Positions 13,816-26,369 of a DNA stretch of 64,000 bases are shown piece after piece; position 1 is the stretch's first letter; each line of letters begins with the position of its first letter. The notes under the pieces were generated by a model. It saw only the letters and a list, made by a program, of their open reading frames with translations, was not told where the DNA came from and did not search any database. Made by a program: the position numbers and the translations under genes. This DNA comes from Heteronotia binoei (Eukaryota): contig NC_083223.1 in NCBI RefSeq assembly GCF_032191835.1, positions 245,520,001 to 245,584,000 on the forward strand, written 5' to 3'.

Positions 13816-14256
13816 TAAGTGATGGAAGTCCCTGCATCTGTATTTTGCAGGGCCAGTGAGGTGGAAACAGAACCTGGAAGGCAGCGGTTCAGATTGTGGG
13901 TTTCTGCCAAGAGGGCTCCTTGTGCAAGATGTCTTAGCCTAGAGTGGCCTCTGGTGGTGAGATGGGAGAATACTTGTTTCCTTTAAAAGCAAAGGCATCC
14001 CATCAAAACCTACCAGGGACCTGCTTTTTTGTACCCACATATTGGTTTTGCTTTGCGACCAGAAGTCTTTTTTTTCTTTGGCTTTTTAATTGGATCACTT
14101 TTTGAGCTAGTGAGGAAGGACTTTTCCATGGCTCAGTCTGGTAGGTCTGTCTCAAGTTTTTTTAAGGACACGGGATCACTACAAGAGCCAAGGACTTCTC
14201 TTGCCAATGGTAGGCCAAATGCTCTTTTGACCATTCTTTTTCTCCCATCTGTCCAG

Positions 14257-14359
14257 CTATGTTCTGACTCAGAGAGACAAGTTGATCACGGAGACCGATG
14301 GGCTGCAGAAGCAGAATGTGGAACTCCGGATGCTGCTCCATCAGTATTTGCATTCTCCA
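14257..14359 (+). CDS. DRC1: DRC1 exon, 103 nt, DYVLTQRDKLITETDGLQKQNVELRMLLHQYLHSP
   Basis: tccag|C ... CCA|gtaag; phase 2 to 0. Confidence 0.94.
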
Positions 14360-15338
14360 GTAAGTAAAGGGATGGGTTCCTGGGGAAGGAGTTACATAGA
14401 ATGGGCTGTCTGTTTTAGGAGGAGAAGAGCCACTAGTAGCCAAAGCAAGGGGCAGGGACTCCCAGAAGGCTGTATATCATCTGTAGCTCTCTCTGGTCTC
14501 TGATGCTGCCAGTCATGAAGAGCTCTCACAGTCCCCAGGTCTCTACCCTTTCCGTGGTACTTGCAGCCTACATTTCTTCTACATTAATGCTAAATATAGC
14601 ATTTGTAGGCAAAACAGTGACACAATCTTTGCCTGGAAGTCTTTAGATTAATCTGTGGAAGGGCCAAAATCATCTAGCAGGTGGGGTGGAGGCTGAGCCA
14701 TCCTTAGCTATGAAGATCCATTGAAGGCCATTCTGCAGACTTGCAGGATACCAGGTCTTGGAGGTTTGCTGAGTCAGACAGATGGGCATATCTGTGTTTG
14801 TGGGGAGCCACGTATAGTCTCTGCAGGAGAAGAAAAAACATCACAAAGCAATGAACTGTGAACTGTGGCCTTTTCACAGAATGCATGCAGTATCTTCTAA
14901 TCTAGTAGTGGACGTCTTTCTCATGTGAGATCATGAGTAAGGATTTCATCTGGTAATGGCTGTACCCACACTCATTACAGCAGCTCGACAGAAGGAGATG
15001 GCTCTGGCCACTTAGATTCAGTCATCTGTCATCTGTACATTCTCTAGCTCTATGATGTCAGGAATGTTTCCATGTTCCCACATTGCTTGGAAATCTGGGG
15101 AAACAGGGGCATTAAGTATGATAGTAGTTGACCCATTGTGTGTCCACAGCCTGCAGATGACTTGGTCCCCTCACATGGTCAAGGCTGCCAGATAGGAGGT
15201 TTCTACGCACACACCACCCCTCCCCTGAGTAATTGGTTTCACCTTCCGCCTAAGACTGGGCATATGCTGATCCGTGAATTATTTGGAGGCGCCGGGGAAG
15301 AACAAACTCTTACGGTGTGCCGTGCCTCTTTTTTGCAG

Positions 15339-15401
15339 GTCAATGCTGAGCTGCTGATCCCTCCCACCCACCTCCTGAACCTGCACCTCAGTTCCCCATG
15401 A
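15339..15401 (+). CDS. DRC1: DRC1 last coding exon, VNAELLIPPTHLLNLHLSSP*
   Basis: ttgcag|GTC ... TGA; resembles the DRC1 C-terminus (xNxELxxPPT). Confidence 0.93.
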   Translation, partial: VNAELLIPPTHLLNLHLSSP

Positions 15402-16220
15402 TTTTCTCGTCTGCAGGAGTAGCAAGGCCAGTTGCTTCCCTGGCAGCAGCATCTCTTCTTTGCCTGGTGTATGAGTGGGAGTTGTTCCAGGAAACCTGCT
15501 TGGGTTTACTTCCAGGGAGGCATGTGGGGATGAACAAGGTGGGCCTGAGGCTTCTCTATTACCCTTGAATGCTCATGCAGGCGATGTACGGATGAGCAGC
15601 CTCCTTTTTGCAATGAGCCACAGAACAGCCCCCTCTCTCTTTTTTGCCTGGCAGAGGCCGGATGCAAGAACTTTGGGGGGGGGGAGGGAGGGGGGGTGTT
15701 AGGTAAATTGAATTGGTTTTGCAAGTGCTCTGATCCACATCCCAATTTGGGCAATCCACAGCATTCCAGAGCATTGACAAAAAAAAACCCAAACAGCATC
15801 GCAGCCACTCTCGCCAACCCTCCAGAAATATTAACTGTAGGGCACAACCCTTTCCCCAGGTACGTTCTCTTAAATCACCCGATGCAGCCAGAGAAGTTAG
15901 CCTGCTTCCTGTCCATCACTTGCGCCAAGCAGGGTTCCAGGCATGTCGCGGGAGAGGGACAGGGTGAGGGACAGAACAGGCAGGTGGAACCGGAGCTGCC
16001 TCTTTATATAAAAAACTACTTTTGGTGCAGTAAGTCCTGGTTAACTCACATGGATCACAGCAGCTCAGGGTAGATCCTGGGTGGGTTGCATAGAAGGCTG
16101 GAGACTGGGGGCACATCTACACCTTGTCTAATTCTGGCTATCTCCTTGCCTGCTTGTGTGTTCATTGCAAGAATGCTTGAGGGAAGGGTGGTTTGTAAGT
16201 GTTGCACGGGAGAAGAAGCA

Positions 16221-16226
16221 AATAAA
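16221..16226 (+). terminator. Candidate DRC1 polyadenylation signal AATAAA
   Basis: First AATAAA I found downstream of the stop, about 820 nt away; no transcript evidence. Confidence 0.4.
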
Positions 16227-17176
16227 ATGGTTGACCAATTTTCCCATTTCTTGGTCTGATTTTTGCTGCCTCCTGAGGAGCCAACAGAATAGATTGGGGA
16301 AGGGGATGCATGTTAATTTATCTGTGTTTGTCATCTGCAATTGCTGTTCTCCACCCAACTTTTGTTGTTTTTAAAGTGACTCTCTAATCTTCTTGAGCAG
16401 TGAAATTAAGCATGAAATTAAGTGAACAAGGCGTGAATGCAAAGCCCAGGCGTGGAACTGCATCACTGTGAGGGCCTTAGGTTTCTGCTCCTTGGTCTCA
16501 CGCACCTTTTAATTCAGCCCTAGCTCTAGTTCTTGCCTGGCTGTCTCACTCTGGCCAGCTAGCAAGCATCGTACTTGCCCAGTTTCAAATTCTATCTGTG
16601 ATCTTTGCCTGGAGCAGAACATTTGAACATTTAAGATCTGTGTAGTATTCTATTTTCAAAACTGACCGCCTCGATGCCTTTGGAAAACTCACCAGGGGGT
16701 ATGAAAGTGACGGCTCTCTCTGTAATTTCTCCCCAACAGGCAGGCATGAGAGATACACTGCTTCTGAAAGTGGAGGGTCCATGTAGATATCTTTACTAAT
16801 AGCCATTGATAATTCACTATAATTTGATTGCAGTCTCCTCACTGATCTTGTTTTCTTTATTCTTAAACTAACCACTGTAGTGTTTCCTCACTGGAAAGGT
16901 GCTTCAACCCTTTAGACGTTTTAGCTTTCCTGTGCCCTTTTTGAGAAGGGGTGACCAGAACTGTTCAGTATTCTGAATGGGATTACATCACAGATTTATT
17001 TAGAAACACTGAAGTGCATCCTGGTGTGTGTGTGGGGGGGGCATTTTAAGGATTTCAGGAGACTGGAGAAAGGGTGAGGGGTATGCATATTCCTGCATCT
17101 TCCCTCTTCCCACACTCTTCACTTTTCTCATTCTCCATAAAGAAAGACAGACTCTGCTCCTTTCTGGTGATCTGTT

Positions 17177-17231
17177 TTTATTAAAGAACTTAAAGATTTC
17201 CTCTTACAGCAAATTCCAAAGTCCCTTTATT
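17177..17231 (-). terminator. Two candidate OTOF polyadenylation signals (AATAAA on - at 17226-17231 and 17177-17182)
   Basis: TTTATT twice on +, about 2.4 kb past the distal OTOF stop. Confidence 0.45.
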
Positions 17232-19617
17232 AACAACAGTGCACAGAGAATATCCCCACCCCACCCCCACCAGAACTCTCCCCTTAACAGGAGAGAAATA
17301 GGATCAATCTTGCACACACCAAGGAAAGAGAAAGGAAAGCAGCCCTCATGAAACACACTTCCCTCAGGTGTAACAGAGCTGCAGGAGAAAGAAACAGAAA
17401 GGAATTGTGCTGGTTTCTTGAAAAGACCTGCTGCTCTCCATCTAACCCCCAGATCCTCCTCTGCCTGTTGCCTCCATGTTGCCATTGCCCTGACATCGCT
17501 CTCTGTTACTCCCTGTGACTGCTGGGGCCCCAGTGGTGGCTAGTCTTGTTTCCTGTGCTGTGGTGTCATGTGAGCACTGCCCTCTGGGTCTCAATGCCTG
17601 GGAAAGGCATACAAATGTTCAACAGGCAGCAAATACAGATGGACTTATTCAGTCATTTGTGGGTGTAGTCTCATGGGGTAGAGGCTATGAACAAGACACC
17701 TGCAGTCAACCCAGAAGAACCTTCTTTAGGAATCTCAAATCTATCCTTGCTAGTTTCCAGAGCACTGTGAGAGATGCAAGGAGGGGCAGATTAATGTTCC
17801 TGTGGAACAGAACAATGTAAACACTCTTAACGATGGGTGGTATCCATACACTACTGAGTCTTTTGTGTAGGCAGTAGGGCTCTCCCAGGAGCAAGAAGGC
17901 ATCATTTACCTTGCTTCCTTGATCCTTAATCTTCTCTGTAGCAAAAACAGTGGACAAAAGTCCCTGCCAAATACAGGGATTAGCAGGTCCTTCAGACTTC
18001 CATGGCCTTTGGGAACCTGCCCCGCCTTGTCGTACCAATACCTGCTGGTATTGGTGCCCTCATAACATACATTTAAGCATTGCCCGTGCTGCATTTGATG
18101 AAGTCAAGATCCATTTTTCACACTTTCCCCTTTGCTATTTTGTAGGCTTTACCAGAACTCCCATTTTCATGCCCTTGCAATCCCTAAAGACCATAGTGGA
18201 TGCTTTTTTATATCTGAATTTAGTAGCTCGGTGGAACGAAGTGCCTTATTTGACCAAGCAAAGGTGCTGTCATGACAAGCAAAAAAGAGAAAGATTCTGG
18301 ATAGGGAATTAGGATTTGGGAATGGGACCACTGCTTATCTCTTCCTGACCCACAGGCCATGAAAAGTAGCTACTGTCCAAGTTGGATAGATAGACAACTG
18401 CTCCAGACAGAGTCTTCAGGGGTTACAGGTACTCTCCCAAATTGGCAGGTTGCCCTTTTCCCAGGAACTGTGACCAAAAATGGGAACTGTCTCCATCGCA
18501 GCCTCGGGGCTAGATAATCTGGATCCTCCCTCATCTATATTGCTGTTTCTCAATCTCAACCAAATTTCCAGGTTCTTCTGGAAGTCTGGATCATCAACAA
18601 TCCTTTGTGAGAGCCCCATATGTGTATTTTTTGATAATGCGTAGCATTTATGAAGTGATTTCAAGTTGATCCAAATTATCTCGGTAACTTTCATAACCCC
18701 TGTAAGGTAGGTCCAGTTACTATTATTCCCCAATTGCAGGTGGGGTTGATGGCCTTAGGTCAAGTGAGAGTGGCTCATCTAGGCCACCCTGGAGTTGACA
18801 GAAGTGACCCTCAAACTGGGAACTTCCTGATTTGCAAACAAGATTCAAAACAGGCACTTCCTGATTTGTAACTCAGTCCATTGCAGTAGCTCTGTCCCTA
18901 GTGAAGATAACTCTCGTGGCCTGCTGCTGGTCAGCTGACTTGCCTTGTGTATTGTACCCATCACTGGAAGGTAAAGGGCTCTCTTCAATGGCCATGGAGC
19001 TCCAGGGTTGTGAAGGTCAATTTCTGTTTGAGTGAAAAACAGCAGAGAGCCAAGATGACAGGAACTGGGAAGGAGCTTTCTTATCAACAAAGGAAATGAC
19101 ATTGTCAGACAGCAAGCAGAGACCCAAAAATCTCTTAACCAGTTTTCAAACCTACAGAGAGAAGGAGATCTGGCCTTCAAGTTCCTAGTCCTCATGGAGG
19201 GATAAAGGGCCTCAATTATGTAAGTAAAACAGGAAAGATGGGACATGTCAAACTCACACAGAGCAGAAACTGTGGCCTGAGGCAGCTCCAAGCTCACCAT
19301 TGGCTCAGTGGTGGAGAATGTTTCAGCTAAATCGCCTGTAGGAACAGACGGGAAAGGCCTCGTACAACAGCTGATCTAAGAGACGCTTCAGCTTCAAGAC
19401 CTAGCCTGGGGTAAGAATCCAGATTTAAGGGGTTGACTGCTCCCCTCACCCCCATTCCAAGACAAAAGTTCAAAGCAAAATAAAATCTGAACTCCTCTTC
19501 TCCCACCCCGATTCCCAAAAGGAAACACAAGGAGGCCACAAAAGAGAAACACAAACGCAAGGCAGTGACCGAGAACACTGGGAGAACAGGGAGGGGAACC
19601 TGGGTGGGGCGGTTTCC

Positions 19618-19798
19618 TCATGCCCCCAAAAGCTTCTTGACCATGTAGCCAGGCATGGAATAGAGGAAGAGGCCAACCATGATGACCAGCAGGAGGGCCA
19701 GAACAATCTTGATGATGAGCCATTTGTAACGAGTGCAGATGAGGTACTTAATAGACTTGAGTGGGTTCAGGAACCAGATAAAGGATGTGTCCGGACGA
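19618..19798 (-). CDS. OTOF: OTOF distal terminal exon (transmembrane), [59 protein letters not shown]
   Basis: ctgcag|T; 181 coding nt; resembles the mammalian exon-48 (ICTRYKW) form; absent from the ORF track in this frame. Confidence 0.95.
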
Positions 19799-21198
19799 CT
19801 GCAGGGGGGAGGAAAGAAAGAAAATAATGCACAAGATTAGCAAGGGCAATGGCTCCTTCCAGGTGGATCTGGCCCCTTTAGGTCCCCACCTCTAACTCCT
19901 CCAACTACAGGCCTTGCTTGAAAAAGGCCTGCAGCTTAGTGGAAAAGTTTATTCTCCCTTTTCATTGCAGAGACAGCGAGGGTTGGTACTTTCCTGCTGG
20001 GCTGACTCCATAAACAAACCAAGAAGTCTCTGAAAGGCAATGGTTTTAGGCCAAGCCAGGGTCAGTTCCCTAGCTCTTGTCTGTGAGGTGCTCGACAACC
20101 CTGGCAGTTGAGCGCGCACTGTCTGCAAAAACTGGGTTGTCAATACATGGCCTGTGAACAGTTCACAGGGTTGTTTAGGCACCAATGAAGTCATGTGCAA
20201 CTGGAGATACTCTTGACACAGAAACCCACGCAATGCTTGCTGAGGCTCAGGCTGGGACCTCCTGGTTTAGAGGTAGAATACCTCTAAATACCAGTTGCTG
20301 TGGGGAAGCAACAGGGGGAGGATCCCTGTTGTGGGCTGCCTGGGGGAATTTTGCTGGCAACCACAGGAAGCAGGAGGCTCAGCCAGATGGATTCCTCTTT
20401 GGTCTGATCCAGCAGGGTGTTTCTTAGAGCATGCCCAGTTCACAATGCCAGCCATTCTCTTTCCTCACCAAGATTTTTCCTTGGTAGGGTTCTTAATGTG
20501 ACTTCAAATTCAGTTCAATTCCTGAACTGTGTGAGACAGCAGTAAACACAAGGGTGTTCTGGGGCTTTCACTGAGTAGTGACTCCTTGCCCTCATGCAAC
20601 TGGGCTTGAAGGGAAGGGAATTTAATTACATTTTTGATCAACATGTTTTTCCTGTCTGCGCTGGGTAGCCTCTGCTGCTTATTGTGCTTATTCTGCCACT
20701 AGCTTTTCTGCTCATGCAAAGATCAGGGTTTTTCAATGAGCCTTTGTGAGAACAGAAACGGTCCTGGCAGAGGAAGCATGCTTTGCGGTGGAAACTGTCC
20801 AGCACACACAGAATGCGCTCACAGCATCCAAGCCAGCATCATTTATTTGATGTTTAATCTTACCTTTCTTCTATGGAGCTCAGAACTCCCCTGTGCAACA
20901 AAACTGTGAGGTAGGTAAGGCTGAGATATTGTAACAGATCTAAGCCTACCTAGTAAAGCTCATGGCAAAGTAGGATTTGAGCACAGGTGTCACTGCTCCT
21001 TTACAGGTGTCACACTGTTAACCCTCTTCTCTAGCCATTGCTACCACAGCTGGTATAAGAATCAAAGGGAATCCCTGCAATTCCTCTGGAGCTACCCACT
21101 CCCCCCACCATCATTACTGCTTCCACCATTCCCATCTGGCCCTATAGTGTGGCATGAGGCAGGAGAAAGAAGTACCCTGGACAAAGCGCCAGGCACCC

Positions 21199-21379
21199 TC
21201 AGGCCCCAAGGAGTTTCTTGACCAGGTAGCCAGGCATGGAGTAAAAGAAGAGGCCGACCATAAGGAGCAAGAGAACGAGGAGAAGAATTTTCAGCAGGAG
21301 CCAACGATACGTGTGCCAGATAAAGTACCGGATAGACTTGAGAGGGTTCAGGAACCAGATGAAGCTGGTATCTGGGCGG
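21199..21379 (-). CDS. OTOF: OTOF proximal terminal exon (transmembrane), [59 protein letters not shown]
   Basis: cccag|C; 181 coding nt; resembles the mammalian exon-47 (WHTYRW) form. Confidence 0.95.
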
Positions 21380-21657
21380 CTGGGGCAGGAGAGCAGGATG
21401 GGGCAAGGAGAAGGAAGAGAGCCAGGAAGTGGGGGGGGGAGGGGAGAGAGAGACAGGAAGACATGAATGGTGTCAATGGAGGTGGGAATGTTAAAGGCAA
21501 CCTCCAATTCCTGGCATATCTCCCCACCCAAGACATACAGCTGCCATTATCGGTAAGCATCCCTGTTCAAGACAGGACCCCTCCCCCGCAAAGGTCTCCA
21601 TTGGGGGTGTTTGATTAAAGAAAATCGAGAGTCACTTGCATAATTTCCCACCACTCA

Positions 21658-21768
<111 letters not shown>

Positions 21769-22671
21769 TCAGAATGAATATCACTCTGGGAACTAAGCAG
21801 CTGACAGAAAGAGGCACACGACACCATAGTTTCAACCAGCATCAGGACAGATGTGCTACCTGCTGAAACCCTGAGATCTGTTCAGAAGGCCATCTCTGAG
21901 CCAGATTGGCGCCAGATTAAGAGCCTTTTACTTGCAAAGGCTTTTAATAGCTGATTGGTTTTTTTGTTTTGCAAATCTAGTTTCCATTTTGAGTCATGTA
22001 GTTTTAATTGTTTTGAATTTTTAAAAAAATTGTATGCCACTTTGGGAATTTTTTAAAAATAAAAATCAGTCTATACATTCTCTAAATAAACACTTGGAAC
22101 AGATATCTCCAGAAAACAAGTAGTCAGATGGGGGAACGAGAGTGTCGACAGTCCCTAACTGTCAATACCTGCACATAAACTCGGAGAACTGGAAGGAATC
22201 TATGATCACAAGACAAAAGCAGGGAAATCATTCCACCATTCCCTCTCTGATTAAACCACATATCCCAAGCCATGGCAGACGGCTGTAATTAGCAAATAAG
22301 ATCTCAGATCAAAGTCTTGACTGTTGCTGGGATCCCTCCAGAGAATTCCCCCAGAACACAGGTGCCCCAAAGACTGCTGTATTCCCATTTTGTTCTCTCC
22401 ACTGATGCTTTTTCCTTTCTTCCAAAAAAGGCAGGCTTACATGTTTACTTTCTCCTTAAAAAGGTAAAGGCAGTCCCATGTGCAAACACCAAGTTGTTAC
22501 CGACCCATGGGGTGACATCACATCATGATGTTTTCTTGGCAGACTTTTTAAACTAGTAAAACTTGCTTAGGTTAAAATTTAATAAAAGTTTGGATTTCCA
22601 GAACTGCTATTTAGTATATATATGTGTGTGTGTGTGTGCATATATAATGTGGGAAGATATAATAGCATATA

Positions 22672-23345
22672 CACCCAGACAACACAATCACTGGACCGAA
22701 CAGCATTAACTACACCATCTCAGGCTCATTCACTTGCTCATCTTCCAGCATTATATATGCCATTAAATGCCAACAATGCCCTTCAGTTCTCTACATAGGG
22801 CAAACAGGACAAACCCTCCGCCAAAGGATAAATGGACACAAATCTGACATCAGGAATTACAGAACTGAGAAACCTGTGAGGGAACACTTTAACCTTCCAA
22901 AGCATTCAATGGGTGACCTCAAAGTAGCTTTTTTACTGCAAAGGAACTTCAAGAACAGAATGGAGAGAGAAATTGCTGAATTACAAATTATTATGAAACT
23001 TGGAACTAGCGCCTCCCCAGGACTGAACAGGGATATTGGTTTTTTATCTCATTACAGATGCTAAACCCACTCTCAGAACTTCAAGAACAGAATGGAGAGG
23101 GGAATTGCTGAATTACAAACTGTTATGAAACTTGGAACAAACACCTCCCCAGGACTGAACAGAGATGTTTTGGGTTTTTTTTATCTCATTACATATGCTA
23201 AACCCACTTTCACCAAGTAGGGCGATATATCCACAGTATTCCAATGTATTTCTCTTTTGGGATAGCGTATCAGAATAATGCTTTTGTATTGACGTACTCA
23301 AACAAGGGATATTGGCTGTTTATCTCATTACATTTACTAAACCCA
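22672..23345 (+). mobile_element. Penelope-like element 3' fragment: uninterrupted GIY-YIG endonuclease frame (about 22672-23064) plus tandem repeats of its end
   Basis: FTCSSSSIIYAIKCQQCPSVLYIGQTGQTLRQRINGHKSD...EREIAELQII...GLNRD; about 130-bp duplication plus a partial third copy. Confidence 0.88.
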
Positions 23346-23669
23346 TCTTCCACTATATTTTAATGCATTTTTTCCTAATGGCAATCTAGAATGATGTATA
23401 TATTTATGTTACATGTTAAAAGGTAAATTAGTTGGACAGGAAAAACTTCTGGGAAAGAAATGCCCTCTTTTTGACCCAGGCTTATTAGCAATAGAATAAT
23501 TAACAGGCATTCTCACATTCTGACACGTTACTGTTTTATGGTTTCCCATGCTAATGCAACCCAGATCAAAGGTTTTCTGAATTTGTTAATTTTACTATTC
23601 TGCTATTGGATTTTAACTTTGTACCACTATTCCAAACCCCACCAGCTATGTGTGACTCTGCTTACTGTA

Positions 23670-23802
23670 CCTCATTCCTCATCTGAAGAAGTGTGCATGC
23701 ACACAAAAGCATATGTTCTGAATAAAACTAAGTTGGTCTTAAAAGTGCAATTGACTCCTATTTTGTTCTACTACTTCAGACCAACACGGCTGCCTACTGG
23801 GA
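23670..23802 (+). mobile_element. Penelope-like terminal repeat with a degraded hammerhead
   Basis: ctgaagaagtgtgcatgcacacaaaagc...aataaaac...ggtcttaaaagtgc...cagaccaacacggct. Confidence 0.7.
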
Positions 23803-23809
23803 TATTTTT

Positions 23810-24000
23810 ACAGGGTGGTTTGCGATTGCCTTCCCCAGTCATCTACACTTTCCCCCCAGCAAGCTGGGTACTCATTTTACTGACCTCGGAAGGATGGAAG
23901 GCTGAGTCAACCTGAGCCAGCTACCTGAATCCAGCTTCAGCGGGGATCGAACTCAGGTTGTGAGCAGAGCTTGGAATGCAGTACTGCAGCTTACCACTCT
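23810..24000 (-). mobile_element. Sauria-type SINE fragment
   Basis: Reverse-complement match to 55942-56247. Confidence 0.85.
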
Positions 24001-24456
24001 TAGCTACAGTCTGCATACTTTATATGAGAAGCTATCTCATATATACCGTACTTTAGTATATCTCATATATACTTTAGATACTATAGTATCTCATACTTTA
24101 TATGAGAAGCTATCTAAATCTTGGGCTCTGGTAATACACCAGACAGAAAGTGCCAATAATCCCTGTCCTGAGCCTGGGTACAGGCGTTCATGTGCACTTG
24201 ATATGCATAAGTTAAGATATATACTTGTGTAGGCCGTTTGGGTAACTTGTCCACCAGATCCTCCTTGCATCTTAACACATGCATTCTCAATTTTTCCTAC
24301 CTGGCTGTTCCACCCCACCTCTCTTTTCCCTGCAGTCATTTTGCCTGGGCTCCTTTTCCAACGCCCTTGGTGCACCAAACAGTCCTTGGTGCAGGAGTTT
24401 CCCTAACCTCACTCTGCTCTGAGCAAAGATATTGACCCCATCCCCAGCTCCATTAC

Positions 24457-24635
24457 CGTGATTTCAATTTCATCATTCTCGTCTCTTGCCAAAAAGGGCC
24501 ACCAGCCCTTCACCCTCTTCTGCTTGAAGATGGAAATCATGGGCACTTCTGCCTCGCCAGTTCCCAACTCCATGCTGCATTGTTTGGCTGTCTTAGCGCC
24601 ACGCGGGAAGCGATTCAAATCAAGCTCAATAGCTC
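24457..24635 (-). CDS. OTOF: OTOF exon, 179 nt, [20 protein letters not shown]...[21 protein letters not shown]
   Basis: tccag|GA ... ACG|gtaat; phase 1 to 0. Confidence 0.97.
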
Positions 24636-24799
24636 CTGGAAGGAAGAAGAGAGCAATGTTGTTAGACCCTGTAGCAGGCAAGGCTAAAGTGGTGGCTGGT
24701 GGTGCTCCTGACCTGCTTAACACCCACCTTTTATACCCCTTTCCTCCCAGATTCTTCCCTTGTCTCAGAATCAACAGGAAATCTTGAGATACTGACATA

Positions 24800-24965
24800 C
24801 TAAGCTACATTATACCAAGTCAGACCACTGGTCTCCGTAGCTCAGCATTCTCTCTTCTGACTGGCAGCAGCTCTCCAAGGTATTCAGGAGATAAAGGCCT
24901 TTCCTGCTACCTGACATCCTTAACTGAAGATGCCAGAGCCTGAAGCAGGGACGTTCTTTGTGCAA
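24800..24965 (-). mobile_element. tRNA-derived SINE remnant (relatives at about 980-1090, 5060-5200, 36940-37090, 40085-40260 and 48290-48390)
   Basis: Shared tgactggcagcagctctcc ... ggagatgcca ... gggaccttc motifs. Confidence 0.6.
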
Positions 24966-25284
24966 ACCAGCCTTCCCCCTCCTCCAAAAAGGAATGTTTA
25001 TTCACATACTCAAGCATCAAGATTCCTCTTTCTTGCTACCCCCTCCTTTTCCATGGAAAAACAGTTTTTCTAACTCCACTGCTCACTCAGCAGTATAGCA
25101 CCCTATTTAGCTAGGGACAGCCCAGAAACAGAGCCAGGGTATGGGTTTCCTTATTGCCTCTAAACCCACCCACCCCCTTTGATGATGGGAACATATACAA
25201 GCTGAAGCAGCAGAAGTTCTTGCCTAAAGAAGGAAGTGAAAAGGGAGCTGGAAGATGGGCAGTAGATTTAGGGCAGACAAAAGG

Positions 25285-25622
25285 AAATACTACTTTACAC
25301 TGAGAGTGATTAAATGTGGAATTTGCTGCCAGAGGATGTAGTGATAGCCACAGGAATGAACAGCTTTAAAAGAGGATCAGATAGATTCATGGAGGACACA
25401 TCTATCAGTGGCTATTAGCCATGTTGGCAGAGGGGAACCTCCATGTTCAGAGGCAGTCAACTTCCGAATTCCAGAGCCAGGAGGCAACATGAGGGGAAGG
25501 CCTCAGCCTCTATGCCCTGTTGTTGGCCATCCAGAGGAACTGGTTGGCCACTGTGTGAGACAGGACGCTGACTAGATGGATCACTGGTGGGATCCAGTGG
25601 GTCTCTTTCTTATGTTCTTAGG
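25285..25622 (+). mobile_element. CR1 LINE 3' fragment
   Basis: ORF2 C-terminal remnant and 3' UTR ending cttatgttctta. Confidence 0.85.
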
Positions 25623-26369
25623 TGCTTGTTTCTACTTTGGAGAGGCCTGTGGCTGTCCCAGCCCTTGAGAGACTTCTTTCCACATCGTGGAAGAGTGCAA
25701 ATGCTGCCTTTCTTTTACCCTCCCACCAGCCTTGCAATTCAGGTTATGTGGAGAGAGTGTGTCAGCCCATGGCCACCCACCGAGCTTCATGATGTGGTAT
25801 AGATTTGAACCCAAATTTCCTGGCTCTGTCCAACAATTTGAGCACTACACCACATAGCAATTGTGTGTATTTGTAAGCTTCTCTTCAAGCAGCTCCATGT
25901 TACTAGCAATAAGCACTGAAAAATTCCTGTATTTAGGAAGACCAAAAGTTAATTACTGCTGGGCATTTTCATTAGCACATTACATGCGAATGTACGACTG
26001 AACTCAATGAGATATCTCTATGAGTAAAACCTGCATCAGTTGATGTTGAAAAAGGCTGGTACAGTATATATATCCCCTTGCTCATGGTGATTGATGGCCC
26101 CACAGAAAAGTGCTCAACAGGATTTGGTTATCAGAAGGCATGAACAGGTAAATATTGGTTGAGTGCAGATACCAAAATTTTCATGGAACCCACTCAAAGC
26201 AAATTTTTCAAATGCTGATATGACTACATGACTTGGCCCTAGAAACAGAAGATATAACTTTTCTGCAAACATGATGGGAATAACTGGTGAGGCAAAGAAT
26301 CCCAAAAATTCCTAATCCAAGCAACTGGGGAAGTTAGACTATAGGGAAGCCCTTTGCAGTCTTAAAACC

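Noticed and set aside
15671-15698. G-run or G-quadruplex in the DRC1 3' UTR (similar run at about 27947-27968)
   Set aside because: Simple homopolymer tracts, prone to sequencing error, with no supporting context.
18845-19300. 151-aa ORF in the presumed OTOF 3' UTR
   Set aside because: Non-ATG start, no homology recognised, and it includes repeat remnants.
23990-24120. Spaced direct repeats resembling a CRISPR-like array
   Set aside because: A eukaryotic low-complexity AT-rich slippage repeat with two copies of a 24-mer and no regular spacers.
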